From: a virus
Lineage: Duplodnaviria > Heunggongvirae > Uroviricota > Caudoviricetes
Reading direction: 5' to 3' (one strand)
IMG/VR virus record: IMGVR_UViG_2571042690_000019
DNA length: 64,000 nucleotides
A model generated the notes under the pieces. It saw only the letters and a program-made list of their open reading frames with translations. It made no database searches and had not been told where the DNA came from. Each line of letters opens with the position of its first letter. Positions within the stretch are counted from its first letter, which is position 1. The translations under genes and the position numbers were made by a program. Of the stretch, positions 1 to 10,365 are shown piece by piece.

Positions 1-267
1 CTGCCGGTTGAAATCCGCCTGTACGATCGTCTGTTCAGCGTGCCGAACCCAGGTGCTGCGGATGATTTCCTGTCGGTGATTAACCCGGAATCGCTGGTGA
101 TCAAACAGGGTTTTGCTGAACCGTCGCTGAAAGAAGCGGTAGCGGGTAAAGCATTCCAGTTTGAGCGTGAAGGTTATTTCTGCCTCGACAGCCGCCATTC
201 TACGGCGGAAAAACCGGTATTTAACCGCACCGTTGGGCTGCGTGATACCTGGGCGAAGTTAGGTTAA
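1..267 (+). CDS. glnS: glutaminyl-tRNA synthetase, 3' end (partial; gene continues upstream of window)
   Basis: In-frame translation from base 1 reads [32 protein letters not shown]...[18 protein letters not shown]-stop, matching the enterobacterial GlnS C-terminus from memory. The listed ORF start at 40 is only an internal Met. Confidence 0.8.
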   Translation: MPVEIRLYDRLFSVPNPGAADDFLSVINPESLVIKQGFAEPSLKEAVAGKAFQFEREGYFCLDSRHSTAEKPVFNRTVGLRDTWAKLG

Positions 268-292
268 TAGGTATTTCGCCACATAAAAAAGT

Positions 293-318
293 AAACGCCG
301 CTACTGCGGCGTTTTTTA
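293..318 (+). terminator. rho-independent terminator after glnS
   Basis: GC hairpin aacgccgc-tact-gcggcgtt followed by a T6 run; the convergent methyltransferase gene stops inside the T tract. Confidence 0.6.
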
Positions 319-2610
319 CTTCATTATTGCAATTATATCGTTAGCAACTACACGTTTTGACGCCTTGCAGGACACCGACCGTCTGGCTGCCATATGATGT
401 ACTTTAAACCCGTTTCCTTCATATAGTTCACGGATGTTTGGCGCACCACTATTTGTTATCACTACCTTAGCGCCGCGCTGGTGGGCTTCCACCAATAGAG
501 ATACCAGCCGTTTCTGTTCGTCGAAACGGAAGCTATTTCCTGAATAACTGGTAAACCCTTCTGTATCCGGCAGCGGTTCATACGGCGGATCGCAAAAAAT
601 CACATCGCCTTCACCAGCCGCCTCGATGACGCCAGCAAAGTCACCTGATACAAAGGACGTGTTTTTGAGTACGTCATCAGCCAAAAATGCCTCCATCTCT
701 GCATGTGGGAAGTAGGGCGCTTTGTATTTGCCATACCCCACGTTGAACTCGCCATTTTGGTTGTACCGCGTTACGCCATTAAAACAGTGCCGATTAAGGT
801 ACAAAAAGGCGGCAGCATGATGTAGCTGGTCATACTCTCCTCTGTTAAATGCCTCACGCACTTCGAGGTAAGCGTCAGCGTTGTTGTAATTTTGGAAAAA
901 ACTATATGACAGCGTGACGAGCGAATGTCCTTCTCGCTGCAATGTCTGATAGAAGTTAATCAGGTCACCGTTAATATCATTAAGCAGGTTGTGGCGAAAT
1001 CCTGCATTCGTAAATACAGAACCGCCACCAACGAACGGTTCTATTAACCGCTTGCCGTGTGGTAGATGCTCAAGCACTGTAGGCAACTCTGAGAATTTAC
1101 CGCCTACCCATTTGAAGATCGGACGCTCATATTCATCCGGAGTCCGGAGTTTTCTTGTGTAGGTAATGGTATTTATTTTTTTTGGCTGTTTAGCTTCCAC
1201 AGTCGCAAGAATGCGACACCCAATCCATTGCATAACAGGAACTGCCATGCTGTTGCCAATCGCTTTGTAACGCGGCCCGTCAGCAGCGAGCATCGCGGCC
1301 TCTTCTTCGCTTAAATCTGGATAGTGATTGCGAAGGTATGCCAGTTCATCTGAGGAAATTGTTTTACGCTTTTCCGTAGGGATCAACGTATGCCCATCAG
1401 GAAAACCTTGCAGCCTTTCACATTCGACAGGGGTAAGACGGCGGACAGCTACTTCTGCGTTTCTTACTTCATAGCAAACGGCTGTTGGATTTTGAGCCAT
1501 TAGAGATGGTGAAGTATTCTTAGTTGCAGCATGTTGTGTACCGCTCATACGCTCAGGAAAAGCTAATGTAACAAGATGCTCATGGCTTTCTTGCTCACGC
1601 GCCCGCAATGTACCATGCCCCTCTGACCAAAAACCTGCTCCTGTGCTGCTAAAAACGGCAAGGTCAGTGGCATCTTTAAAGTCTCTTGCCTTTACTGTCG
1701 ATGCGGTTTCATCGTCAATATATTCCCCAAATGCCGCCATCCTGAAAGCGTTTACGGCTTTCGTCGATTTCATACCGGGGGGCATGTCAGCGTGTAGGCA
1801 TGGATTTAGGCTTTCGCCACTGATTGCAGCGCCATTTGCAATAATGGCGGAAGCGATTTCCTTCTTTTTTCGGCTCGGCGCAATATTCCGGCGCACGCCT
1901 TCGAACTCAAAAAGTATCGTTGCGGGATCGAGGTCTGTTCGAGCACTTGCGACAACAAACACGCGTCGGCGTCGTTGCGCCACTCCGAAGTATTGGGCAT
2001 CAAGGATTCTCCAGGCCACTTTTCGCTGCGGTCCATAAATACAACCACACTGCGGCCACTTTGGAGCATGGCAACTGGTTTTGACATCCCACCGCCAGAA
2101 CGCGTTACTTTTTCGCGATTCAGGTCGAGCACCTGGTTCGAATGGCGCATCTTCTCCAGCCAATCCGGCAAGGAAACATCCGAAGGCGTTATCTGCCGAT
2201 GACAAGACTCCTGGGACATTTTCCCAGACGATAACGGCTGGTTTGAGAAATGACTCAGCCCGTTTGTCGTCAATTGCATTTGCAAGCTCCACATACTTTA
2301 AAGTTAGCGCGCCACGCTCATCATCAAGCCCACCACGTAATCCAGCGATACTGAATGCCTGACAAGGTGTTCCCCCGACGAGCACATCAGGGGATTCGAT
2401 TTCCCCAGCCAGGACTTTTTTGGCAAGTTTTGTCATATCGCCAAGGTTGGCGACATGGGGCCAGCGGTGCGCAAGAACGGCAGATGGAAAAGGCTCGATT
2501 TCAGCAAACCACGCCGGACGCATACCCAACGGTTCCCAGGCAATGCTCGCTGCTTCAATTCCACTGCAAACTGAACCATATCTAAGGTTAACGTTCTGCT
2601 TCACCACCAA
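316..2610 (-). CDS. dmt: fused DNA methyltransferase: N-terminal C5-cytosine MTase domain and C-terminal Dam-like N6-adenine MTase domain
   Basis: N-terminal half has m5C motifs ([26 protein letters not shown]); C-terminal half has Dam motifs ([18 protein letters not shown]). P1 encodes a fused Dam/Dcm-type methylase (dmt), from memory. Confidence 0.7.
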   Translation of the reverse strand: MVVKQNVNLRYGSVCSGIEAASIAWEPLGMRPAWFAEIEPFPSAVLAHRWPHVANLGDMTKLAKKVLAGEIESPDVLVGGTPCQAFSIAGLRGGLDDERGALTLKYVELANAIDDKRAESFLKPAVIVWENVPGVLSSADNAFGCFLAGLAGEDAPFEPGARPESRKSNAFWRWDVKTSCHAPKWPQCGCIYGPQRKVAWRILDAQYFGVAQRRRRVFVVASARTDLDPATILFEFEGVRRNIAPSRKKKEIASAIIANGAAISGESLNPCLHADMPPGMKSTKAVNAFRMAAFGEYIDDETASTVKARDFKDATDLAVFSSTGAGFWSEGHGTLRAREQESHEHLVTLAFPERMSGTQHAATKNTSPSLMAQNPTAVCYEVRNAEVAVRRLTPVECERLQGFPDGHTLIPTEKRKTISSDELAYLRNHYPDLSEEEAAMLAADGPRYKAIGNSMAVPVMQWIGCRILATVEAKQPKKINTITYTRKLRTPDEYERPIFKWVGGKFSELPTVLEHLPHGKRLIEPFVGGGSVFTNAGFRHNLLNDINGDLINFYQTLQREGHSLVTLSYSFFQNYNNADAYLEVREAFNRGEYDQLHHAAAFLYLNRHCFNGVTRYNQNGEFNVGYGKYKAPYFPHAEMEAFLADDVLKNTSFVSGDFAGVIEAAGEGDVIFCDPPYEPLPDTEGFTSYSGNSFRFDEQKRLVSLLVEAHQRGAKVVITNSGAPNIRELYEGNGFKVHHMAARRSVSCKASKRVVANDIIAIMK

Positions 2611-3493
2611 CGGCCTCCACTAGCGAAGTGAACATCGCGGATAATTCAGCAGTAAACAGGATAAAGTCAGCGTCAAATCGTTGCGCAACATCCTCTCGAT
2701 CAATATCGTCGTTCTGGTCGTACAATTCGTCGCTGAACGACAAAGCCTTGATACTCATATCGTCATTCAGTCTGAAAAATGCACGGTCTTGCCAGTTAAC
2801 CGCAACTGTGGTTGCAACCTTACCAGCTTCTATATGACTCATGATCTCGTCGGATAGCAGGTCCACTTTTTTGCAGCGGACCGCGCCGCCATCATCAAGC
2901 AATGCTTTTAAGGTCGCTTCCTCACCGGCACGGAAACCGTTCGGGAAGCCATTTTTAATCCAGCCAGTGATGGTCAGTTCTAATGGGTCTTTCGGAGAGA
3001 AGGGGACAACGGGCAAGCTGCCAAGCGATTTCCGTAACAAAGCCAGCTGATCCTCTGCTTTTTTAGCACTGCTGGCCTCGACAAAAACCAGATGATTGCT
3101 TCGGTCTATCAGGATTTTAGCTACTGATTTTCTCGTGAAAGCGCGAGGAAGAAGAGAGTGAAGCACTTCATCCTTCAGCGAATCTTTTTCGGTCTTCTTC
3201 AGCTTTCTGTCTTGCTCTTCTTCAAGTTTCAGGATTTTTTTCTGTAACTCTTCTTTGAGTACTTGAGAAGGTAGGATTTTTTCCTCTCGTTTATGCTGCA
3301 TCAGAAGAAAACCCTGGTATTCATGGGTGAGGTTGTCGCCAAGAACGGGGGTCCAACCAGCTTTAGCCATATCCTGAGAACCGCATGGGGTAAACACAAA
3401 CTTGCTAAGGGCTGCATTTACTTCTGCAGTATCCCAGCTAACTTCGCGTGAAAGACGATAGATGAAGATATTTTTGAAAGCGACTGATCTCAT
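2588..3493 (-). CDS. rdgC: recombination-associated protein RdgC homolog
   Basis: 301 aa, alignable by eye along its length to E. coli RdgC ([73 protein letters not shown]...GGEAER). Confidence 0.8.
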   Translation of the reverse strand: MRSVAFKNIFIYRLSREVSWDTAEVNAALSKFVFTPCGSQDMAKAGWTPVLGDNLTHEYQGFLLMQHKREEKILPSQVLKEELQKKILKLEEEQDRKLKKTEKDSLKDEVLHSLLPRAFTRKSVAKILIDRSNHLVFVEASSAKKAEDQLALLRKSLGSLPVVPFSPKDPLELTITGWIKNGFPNGFRAGEEATLKALLDDGGAVRCKKVDLLSDEIMSHIEAGKVATTVAVNWQDRAFFRLNDDMSIKALSFSDELYDQNDDIDREDVAQRFDADFILFTAELSAMFTSLVEAVGGEAER

Positions 3494-3503
3494 GTCTCAC
3501 CAT

Positions 3504-3540
3504 TTGTGTTAGAAAATACATATTAATTATCTAACACAAA
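3504..3540. promoter_or_regulatory. inverted pair of C1-operator-like half sites upstream of rdgC-dmt
   Basis: tttgtgttagaaaata...ttatctaacacaaa: perfect inverted repeat containing the TTCTAACA core recurring across the window. Confidence 0.45.
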
Positions 3541-3552
3541 TGGGTGCATTTT

Positions 3553-4206
3553 CTATCCTTTCTTGAAATCGAAGTTGCCAGCAGTGGCCTGAAAGGTTCC
3601 CCCAGCCTTGAAAGCTATGTCCCCGTTAGCGGTGACAGCTATATTTTCCCCATTAACATTGATGTTGTTGGCTGATTTGACGTTAACACTCCCTCCTGCA
3701 TTCACGATTACATCAGCCGGACCAATGATATATATCTGCCCGGACTCATTCATGCCAATCCTTGAGCCTGCTGCCGTATTGGCAATTTCATAGCCGCCAC
3801 CAGCAGTTCGTACTTCAAGAATATTGTTGCGGTGAATAACGAAGTCTTTCGTTGCTGAGATTTGGGGGCGGGGAGGTGCTCCATCTACTTCCGGCGGCGT
3901 CCAGCCGTTGCCTTTGCCAGATGCTTCTGGTGCAACGTTTGGAATTCCTCCCGGTGCATCCTGAGCGGCACCAACTATCATTGGGCGTCTGGTGTCTATT
4001 CGACCGTTAACATCTAAATAAGGAAACTCTACCCAGACCAGGTCACCTTTGACTGTAGGTACAAAAGCGTTCCCGATGGGTAACTGGTATTCCGCCCAGG
4101 GTAGATCGTCATCAGGAACGCCATTCCAGTCAGGTAAAACACGGACTTGAGCACGCATAAGCCCTGCCGGGTGCACAGTTCCAACAATTTGCGCTCTACG
4201 CTTCAT
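3553..4206 (-). CDS. putative baseplate central spike / gpV-gp45-like protein
   Basis: 217 aa; N-terminal OB-like region (GDLVWVEFPYLDVNGR) then Gly/Asn-rich repetitive C-terminus typical of spike beta-helices. Family assignment is a by-eye guess. Confidence 0.35.
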   Translation of the reverse strand: MKRRAQIVGTVHPAGLMRAQVRVLPDWNGVPDDDLPWAEYQLPIGNAFVPTVKGDLVWVEFPYLDVNGRIDTRRPMIVGAAQDAPGGIPNVAPEASGKGNGWTPPEVDGAPPRPQISATKDFVIHRNNILEVRTAGGGYEIANTAAGSRIGMNESGQIYIIGPADVIVNAGGSVNVKSANNINVNGENIAVTANGDIAFKAGGTFQATAGNFDFKKG

Positions 4207-5183
4207 TTGTTAGGCACTCCCAATATCATTCGTGTTGTGTAGCCTACGCGGTCCTCAAAGTGCGCAACATTTTTTACTATCAGCTTACGGGGCATTGATT
4301 CATCAATGCGGTTTTCCTGGTCATAGCGGTATACGATAATCTCTATTACCATCCCCGGTTTTATATCAGGATTGCCTGCGACTTCTATATCCATTTTGGG
4401 GACGAGAGACAGCTGCATATTGCGAAGAGTTTCCATATCAGAGTCGGATATATAACGTACTGGGAGTGAGCTATCGCCATATTCGACGTAGCCATCGGTC
4501 ATGGAATACCCAACAAAACGATATTGATTCTTTGCTGTTGTCGCATGTTCCTGTTGGAGTAGGCGCATTTTGGACAAAGTGTATTCTGCTTTAGGGTTAT
4601 TCCCCTCGTAGGTAAATGATGGCGTTTGCTTCATCAGATCAGCCAGGGTGTAAAAGTTAAATTCCCCCCGGCATACCCAACATAATGCACCTTTGTCTCG
4701 CGCTATCTCCGAAAGCATTTTTGACGGTTTGTCACCGGCATTCAGATGATATGTAACTGCGCGTTTTAGCACGCTGCTGGTAATTTTAAGCTTGCCGGAA
4801 TATGCCTTGAATATAGCGTCTGGTGTTTTGTTGGTATGTAAATTTGTGCGCGGGGAGGGGATCTTAAACCTGCGCACGTCTTCACTGACAGCAATAACGG
4901 TAACAACATCACCAGCCAGCATTGCAGACGTAACAAAGAAATCTGTTTTAAAAGTGCCTGCATTACCGTTTGGATCGCCCATTTCAGCCACCAGCGATGC
5001 ACCGTATTTGGCTTTCCAGTCATCAATTACGGTGCCGGTAGCGTCATGAATTTCCAGTTTTAGCAAAGGGGCTTTGAGGCTGGTTTTTTCTACATATACT
5101 GCGGTAAAAATCCAGTCTCGTGGCACTTTGTTATCGTTAATGAGCACTGACTGTAGAAAATATTGTTGTAACTCCTGGGCCAC
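4203..5183 (-). CDS. hypothetical protein (same operon as spike-like gene)
   Basis: 326-aa ORF; stop overlaps downstream start (ATGA-type coupling). Confidence 0.5.
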   Translation of the reverse strand: MAQELQQYFLQSVLINDNKVPRDWIFTAVYVEKTSLKAPLLKLEIHDATGTVIDDWKAKYGASLVAEMGDPNGNAGTFKTDFFVTSAMLAGDVVTVIAVSEDVRRFKIPSPRTNLHTNKTPDAIFKAYSGKLKITSSVLKRAVTYHLNAGDKPSKMLSEIARDKGALCWVCRGEFNFYTLADLMKQTPSFTYEGNNPKAEYTLSKMRLLQQEHATTAKNQYRFVGYSMTDGYVEYGDSSLPVRYISDSDMETLRNMQLSLVPKMDIEVAGNPDIKPGMVIEIIVYRYDQENRIDESMPRKLIVKNVAHFEDRVGYTTRMILGVPNK

Positions 5184-5186
5184 TTA

Positions 5187-5954
5187 TCACCCCATAGATA
5201 TCGAGGTTTCGGTAATAATACGTTTTGCGTCCAACTCCCATGCTGTGATCACGTCTGCAATCACACTTATCGGCGCTTGTGTGGCATAAATACGCTCTTC
5301 TCCAATTGGTGCTGAAACATCCGTAAAGCCGACTTCTTTGGCATCCTGTATCGAGCAAATCAGCGGGACCGGAACACGAACAAGGTGAGTGGTTGCTTCA
5401 AATTGTGTACCTGTCATCAGGCGAAGCCGTGCGCCCAGCGAATTACACATCAGACTCATGGTCGCTTTATCAGTTGCCATTAACGTAACGTCATACGTCA
5501 GAATGGCCTGGGTGTATTCCAGTTCTGCTAAAGGCATTCCGGTATCCGGTTCGCAAAAACTGGCTACTTTTTTGCGGTCAATCTGCTGATCATCGTTGAT
5601 ATAATTGATATCCATAGTGCGTGAGATATTGACCAGGGGGAGAGCATCCCGGTTAATGTTCTGGTTTTCAGGTTTTCTCCCTTGCCCGGCATTTGCGCGA
5701 CGAACTGCTTTAAGAAACTCGATCGCATTGTCGAAACGGGCCACATAGACACGCTCTGCTGGTGGACGATTCAAGAATGACGCAAAGCGTTTTTCTTCCG
5801 GCGCGGGGGCCACCAGTAAGATATCAGAAAAAATGTTGCTGATTAGCGTCGCAAACGCGTTATCCACGTTTTCAAAGCCCGTGGTCTGGAATTTTCCTGT
5901 GCGTGAGGTTTGCCATTCACCTGTTCGCGCCAGGAGGGTTTTATTTGAAGTCAT
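5187..5954 (-). CDS. hypothetical protein
   Basis: 255-aa ORF tightly packed in the same minus-strand operon. Confidence 0.5.
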   Translation of the reverse strand: MTSNKTLLARTGEWQTSRTGKFQTTGFENVDNAFATLISNIFSDILLVAPAPEEKRFASFLNRPPAERVYVARFDNAIEFLKAVRRANAGQGRKPENQNINRDALPLVNISRTMDINYINDDQQIDRKKVASFCEPDTGMPLAELEYTQAILTYDVTLMATDKATMSLMCNSLGARLRLMTGTQFEATTHLVRVPVPLICSIQDAKEVGFTDVSAPIGEERIYATQAPISVIADVITAWELDAKRIITETSISMG

Positions 5955-6754
5955 TCGATCACTCCGTTTTGAGTCGTATCAAAATTCCTGGCTGGTATGC
6001 AGTAGTAAAGCGAACCAACATGCTGTGTGCCGTAGCTAAAAATACGGTGCACGTACCACCAGCGGCGGGCTACGCCGTTTACCATCTCTTCATTCCATTC
6101 AAGAATTGAGCCGACGGGGACGTTATTTGCTGCAATACGCAGAATCAGAACATCATCGGTTAAGCCATCCTGCTCACCGTCTGCGTCAATCGCATGGAAA
6201 GAGTCACGCCCGTCCGGGTTATCCAGCACATAAACGATTTCAGGTTCCTGGTAAGTCAGTTCGCGTTGGTTGTTATCCAGTTCAGTGAATGACTCTTCTC
6301 CTGTTTCGTCGCTGACTACCCCATATGTGCCAACATCTGGTCGATATAAGAGAGCCTGAAACGCGTCTGGGCTGGATTCAATAATCAGCATCCAGTCTGC
6401 GCGGATTTGGTCGTTAAAGGCTTTATGCCCGTTATAGCGTGCTTTTAACTGTGGAGTCGGTTCTCTGCCAGCCAGGGAAGATGGAAGTATGGCTATATCT
6501 GATTCGCCAGCATCCGGAGTAAGGCCACCGTTGCTATCAGCAAAATTATCATGGCTATCAGCTTTGGCGGCGGGTTGCTCTTCCAGAATGCTGAATGAAT
6601 CCGAACCGGTATTGCCATGTTCCGGCGCGCCTCCTGCATTCGCTTCAATCGGCGCTGGCGTTTCTCTCTGCGTGCTGTCATGTTCTGACTCCTTACTTGC
6701 CAGGTTTGCATCGTCAGCAAACCATTCGTCAAAACGGCCCATAAGCATCCTCAA
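5951..6754 (-). CDS. hypothetical protein with acidic low-complexity N-terminus
   Basis: 267-aa ORF, first gene of the 6754-to-3553 operon; stop overlaps next start. Confidence 0.5.
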   Translation of the reverse strand: MRMLMGRFDEWFADDANLASKESEHDSTQRETPAPIEANAGGAPEHGNTGSDSFSILEEQPAAKADSHDNFADSNGGLTPDAGESDIAILPSSLAGREPTPQLKARYNGHKAFNDQIRADWMLIIESSPDAFQALLYRPDVGTYGVVSDETGEESFTELDNNQRELTYQEPEIVYVLDNPDGRDSFHAIDADGEQDGLTDDVLILRIAANNVPVGSILEWNEEMVNGVARRWWYVHRIFSYGTQHVGSLYYCIPARNFDTTQNGVIE

Positions 6755-6904
6755 AGGTCGATCTGTCAGGTATCGAAAGGAAGATTTTCGGGAGATTGTG
6801 ATTTTGGATGAAGGAGGGGGAATTCATAAAATGCACTTGCGCACAGTGCAACGGTGCGCTATAGTTATGGCATTCGGTAATCATCACGGAGGATCAAATG
6901 ACTA

Positions 6905-7207
6905 ATGACCAAAAAAATTAACATAAAGGATTTCAGGGATGCGTGGCTTGATGATTTTTTTGAATTTTCAACACCACATAGAAAGATACCTCCTGATATT
7001 CATATGACATTGTCACGGAAGTTGGACATTATCAATGCCGCAACTACCTGTAAGGATTTAAGATCACCACCAGGTAATCGGTATGAGGAACTGTCAGGGA
7101 AGCTAAATGGCTATTCATCAGTAAGGGTGAATAAGCAATATAGGTTAATTTTTAAGTGGGTTAACGGAAAGGCCGAGGACTTGTATCTCGACCCTCACAA
7201 ATACTAA
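6905..7207 (+). CDS. higB: type II toxin HigB (RelE/ParE superfamily)
   Basis: 100 aa; toxin-first arrangement; C-terminal RLIFKWVNGKAEDLYLD resembles the HigB killer-protein family. Confidence 0.7.
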   Translation: MTKKINIKDFRDAWLDDFFEFSTPHRKIPPDIHMTLSRKLDIINAATTCKDLRSPPGNRYEELSGKLNGYSSVRVNKQYRLIFKWVNGKAEDLYLDPHKY

Positions 7208-7277
7208 AACAGATACCCGGTTACGGACCGGGTTCTGACCAGAGTCCACTTAATACGCACGCTAGTAAGGGCAAAAA

Positions 7278-7616
7278 ATGAAACAGGCAACCAGAAAACC
7301 GACGACCGTAGGTGATATCCTGCTGTACGAATACCTGGAGCCGTTAGAGCTGAAGATCAACGAGTTAGCAGAAATACTTCATGTTCATCGTAACACCGTA
7401 AGCGCTCTTGTTAATAACAATCGTAAGCTAACGATGGATATGGCATATCGCCTGGCAAAAGCATTCGATACTTCTGTAGATTTTTGGATTAATCTTCAGA
7501 CCGCAGTAGATCTGTGGGAAGTCGAAAATGATATGCGCGTCCAGGAAGAGTTAAGTCGTATCAATACTGCTGAAAAATTTATTTCTCAGCGGAACCTGAA
7601 TAAAAAAGCAGCCTGA
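7278..7616 (+). CDS. higA: HigA antitoxin (XRE-family HTH)
   Basis: 112 aa with HTH (INELAEILHVHRNTVSALVNNNRKLTMDMAYRLAKAF), immediately downstream of higB. Confidence 0.7.
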   Translation: MKQATRKPTTVGDILLYEYLEPLELKINELAEILHVHRNTVSALVNNNRKLTMDMAYRLAKAFDTSVDFWINLQTAVDLWEVENDMRVQEELSRINTAEKFISQRNLNKKAA

Positions 7617-7672
7617 TATAGTAAAACACATACAAAAAGCCCACTTAGCAAGTGGGCTTTCCTTTGTAATTA

Positions 7673-7873
7673 ATGAACATTAAACCTATCCGTACAGAAC
7701 AAGATTATGAGGCCGCACTGCGTGCGGTCGAACCGATGTTCGATAACGAACCGGAAATGAATACTCCGGAAGGTGATTTCTTTGAGGTTATGAGTCTTCT
7801 CATTGAGGAGTACGAGAAGAAACATTACCCAATTCAACCACCATCACCTGTTGAATCTTTTAACTATCCATAA
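7673..7873 (+). CDS. orphan antitoxin-like N-terminal domain (YgjM/HigA-type), no HTH
   Basis: 66 aa IRTEQDYEAALRAVEPMFDNEPE...LIEEYEKKHYPI resembles the N-terminal domain of YgjM-type HigA but ends before any HTH. Confidence 0.4.
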   Translation: MNIKPIRTEQDYEAALRAVEPMFDNEPEMNTPEGDFFEVMSLLIEEYEKKHYPIQPPSPVESFNYP

Positions 7874-7894
7874 TAAAAGTAATCAGGATAAGCT

Positions 7895-8623
7895 ATGATG
7901 TCAGAAAAAGTTAAAGATAATCCGTCTATAAATGAAACAGAACTAAAATCATTTTCTGAAATAATAAAAGATAAAATATTTAACAAGGTTTTTGCATATG
8001 TTGTCATTTCTTTTCTAATTTTTAACTGGAAGGATATTTTAATTATATTAAAGTCAAAGGACGACATCCTATATACATTATCTATTGTTTCTGTTGGTGG
8101 TAATGTCCCGTTCATTGATAATTGGATTGTATCCCCGTGGGTTTATCACGTTGTAATCCCATTTATTTATGGAGTATTTGCATCTGTGTTAGCTCCTGTT
8201 CTCACACTGAAGATATCTAAGCTAACAAGTAAATTATACACTGAAATAAGATATTTAGATGAAGTTGCTGATTATGATAAAAGAATAGAATTGCAAAGAA
8301 AGAAAACAAAGTTAAATCAAGCAACCAATGACGCTAAATATTCAAAACAAATCTTAGATGAAAATGAAAATAAACTTAATGACTTGGTTACGAAACAGCG
8401 AGAAATTTGTGGCGCGATAAAACTATTGCATACTGATGTTGGCAGTATTATTGAACTATATAAAAATAAGGGGGTTAGCATTGAATCTCCGCAAGATTTA
8501 TGTGATTTTATAGTCGCTATAAAAAGCACATCATTCTATAATGATGACAAGCATTTTAATAAATTGGTGTCTGATATTTCCAGTTTGTTTGATAATACTG
8601 GAATTGATCTTTCAAAAAAATGA
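7895..8623 (+). CDS. AT-rich membrane protein with C-terminal coiled coil (unknown function)
   Basis: 242 aa; three hydrophobic segments then a Lys/Asn-rich coiled-coil tail; local GC far below the rest of the window. Confidence 0.55.
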   Translation: MMSEKVKDNPSINETELKSFSEIIKDKIFNKVFAYVVISFLIFNWKDILIILKSKDDILYTLSIVSVGGNVPFIDNWIVSPWVYHVVIPFIYGVFASVLAPVLTLKISKLTSKLYTEIRYLDEVADYDKRIELQRKKTKLNQATNDAKYSKQILDENENKLNDLVTKQREICGAIKLLHTDVGSIIELYKNKGVSIESPQDLCDFIVAIKSTSFYNDDKHFNKLVSDISSLFDNTGIDLSKK

Positions 8624-8656
8624 AAGCCCAGCATAAACTACTAGGCTATGTGTGGT

Positions 8657-9850
8657 TTATGCTTTTTTTACATACTCCATGAACATTTTTTCAGCTTGTG
8701 CTGGTGGTGTTCCAGCCATGACAAGCGCATCAATGAACGCCTGCTTCTTCAGTGCGAACTGATCGGCAAGGCGTTGCTGAAGCTCCTTGTTTTTCTGTTT
8801 CTCACGTTGCAAGGCCGCTTCTTTTGCTGCCGCCCGTTTTTTCTGTGCATCTGACAACTTTCTGGCCTTGGTCAATTGGTCACGTAGTTTGTCGATCTTG
8901 CCGTTGTCCTTTGCCAGTTTTGTACTTAAAGCTGCCTGGCGCTTCTGATAGAGCCTCCATTCGCGTTTGGCGGCTTCAACGTTCGTTTTACTGCTACGAT
9001 TGCGATTAAACTCCTTCTCGTCTTCTTTTGAGAAGTGTTTGGTTGTACGGCGGCGATCGTCACCAAATGCAATTTGCGTTGCAGCCTTTTGTAGCGCACG
9101 AGCAATACTCATTTGCCAACTGGCGGACTGTAACCGCGTCATTGAGTGGATCACGTGTTTACAGGCGACGCCTTGCAGCTTCGGGTTGCGAACTTTTGGA
9201 TAGGCGTATTCTTTTGGCGGTGCCAGGGCAAAGTTACCCGCAGTGGCGATGTAACGATACCAGTATTGATGACGACCACAGTCACAATCGAAAGACACTC
9301 GCCCGGCGCACAGTGATTTAGTGATTTTGAGAGCTGATTTATCGTCTTCTGCGATGTCATCAACCATCTGATCCCATTCTTCAAAGCGTATCCGGACGAT
9401 ATGGTGCTGGTGGACGGATATATCCGATGCTTCTACGCGGATATTAATCACATTGTGGCGAAGAGATACGGGTGTAGCTCTTTTGATACCAGATCCGTCA
9501 TCCACGGCGTTATTTGCACGCTTAATATCGATTGCCTGGCTGGATGCCACCAGCTGGGCGTATGTGATGCCAGCCGTCTTGCTGTCATATTTTTCGCGCG
9601 TTTTACTCCGTAGCTTTTCGAAACCTTTCAGGTCGTCTCGCGTGAAGAACGTGCCGCCTTTTTTCTTCCCTAACTTGAGAATATCTTCGGCGGATTTGTT
9701 CCTCAGTCTACCTGGCGTCAGCGTCCGGTGAGCTTGTCGGCGCTTACGGGTTTGTTCTTTCCTGATAAGGTCGAATAAACGCGTGAAGTCCTTAGAGGAC
9801 AGGCCGTCAGTGATATAGCGCCCGTCCTGGTTTTTCAGGAAATCAGGCAT
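8657..9850 (-). CDS. hypothetical protein with SWIM-like zinc finger and basic coiled-coil C-terminus
   Basis: 397 aa; CDCGRHQYWYRY...GVACKHVIH fits CxC-Xn-CxH; C-terminal third is K/R/Q/A-rich. Confidence 0.5.
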   Translation of the reverse strand: MPDFLKNQDGRYITDGLSSKDFTRLFDLIRKEQTRKRRQAHRTLTPGRLRNKSAEDILKLGKKKGGTFFTRDDLKGFEKLRSKTREKYDSKTAGITYAQLVASSQAIDIKRANNAVDDGSGIKRATPVSLRHNVINIRVEASDISVHQHHIVRIRFEEWDQMVDDIAEDDKSALKITKSLCAGRVSFDCDCGRHQYWYRYIATAGNFALAPPKEYAYPKVRNPKLQGVACKHVIHSMTRLQSASWQMSIARALQKAATQIAFGDDRRRTTKHFSKEDEKEFNRNRSSKTNVEAAKREWRLYQKRQAALSTKLAKDNGKIDKLRDQLTKARKLSDAQKKRAAAKEAALQREKQKNKELQQRLADQFALKKQAFIDALVMAGTPPAQAEKMFMEYVKKA

Positions 9851-10172
9851 TTTCTATCTCCGGTTCCGCGCTTGCGTAATCACGGATCTTGTTCCTCAGC
9901 CATGCCACATCAGGAAGAGTTAACGTGGTCCCTGCGGGCATTTCTTCAATTTCTGACTCATGGCCCACCAGCACCCGGAATACCCAGCGCAAATCTGCAT
10001 TGCCATACGCCCTGTAGGCTGCAAGGTCTGAACGATATACTTCATCAATCTTTATCGTGTACTGGAAATTATCAGAGTGATACTCCGATACCCGCTTAAT
10101 CATTTCCTGGTGAAACAGCGCACGAAAAATATCGTCTTCAATGTACCTATCGTCGAGTCTGCTATAGCCCAT
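9843..10172 (-). CDS. hypothetical protein
   Basis: 109-aa ORF overlapping the start of the upstream gene by 8 bp. Confidence 0.4.
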   Translation of the reverse strand: MGYSRLDDRYIEDDIFRALFHQEMIKRVSEYHSDNFQYTIKIDEVYRSDLAAYRAYGNADLRWVFRVLVGHESEIEEMPAGTTLTLPDVAWLRNKIRDYASAEPEIENA

Positions 10173-10365
10173 AACAAAGCCTCTCAGTCATAACCTGGGG
10201 GAAACTGTATGCAGGGTGTGAAATGCGAGAAACAGACAGGCCACCAGTTCAGGGGGATGTGGTTCATAAATCCCCTCACTGGTGACAAGTGACTTTCATT
10301 AATCTTTATGCGGGGGCCAGCTTCATTTGCTGGCATTAGATTAAAAATCAAACGGAGTAAATGAC

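Noticed and set aside
1643-2623. Plus-strand ORFs (131, 75, 93, 76, 67 aa) and a 162-aa minus-frame ORF inside the methyltransferase gene
   Set aside because: Fully embedded antisense or alternative-frame in a long gene with clear MTase motifs; no RBS or conserved features; treated as spurious.
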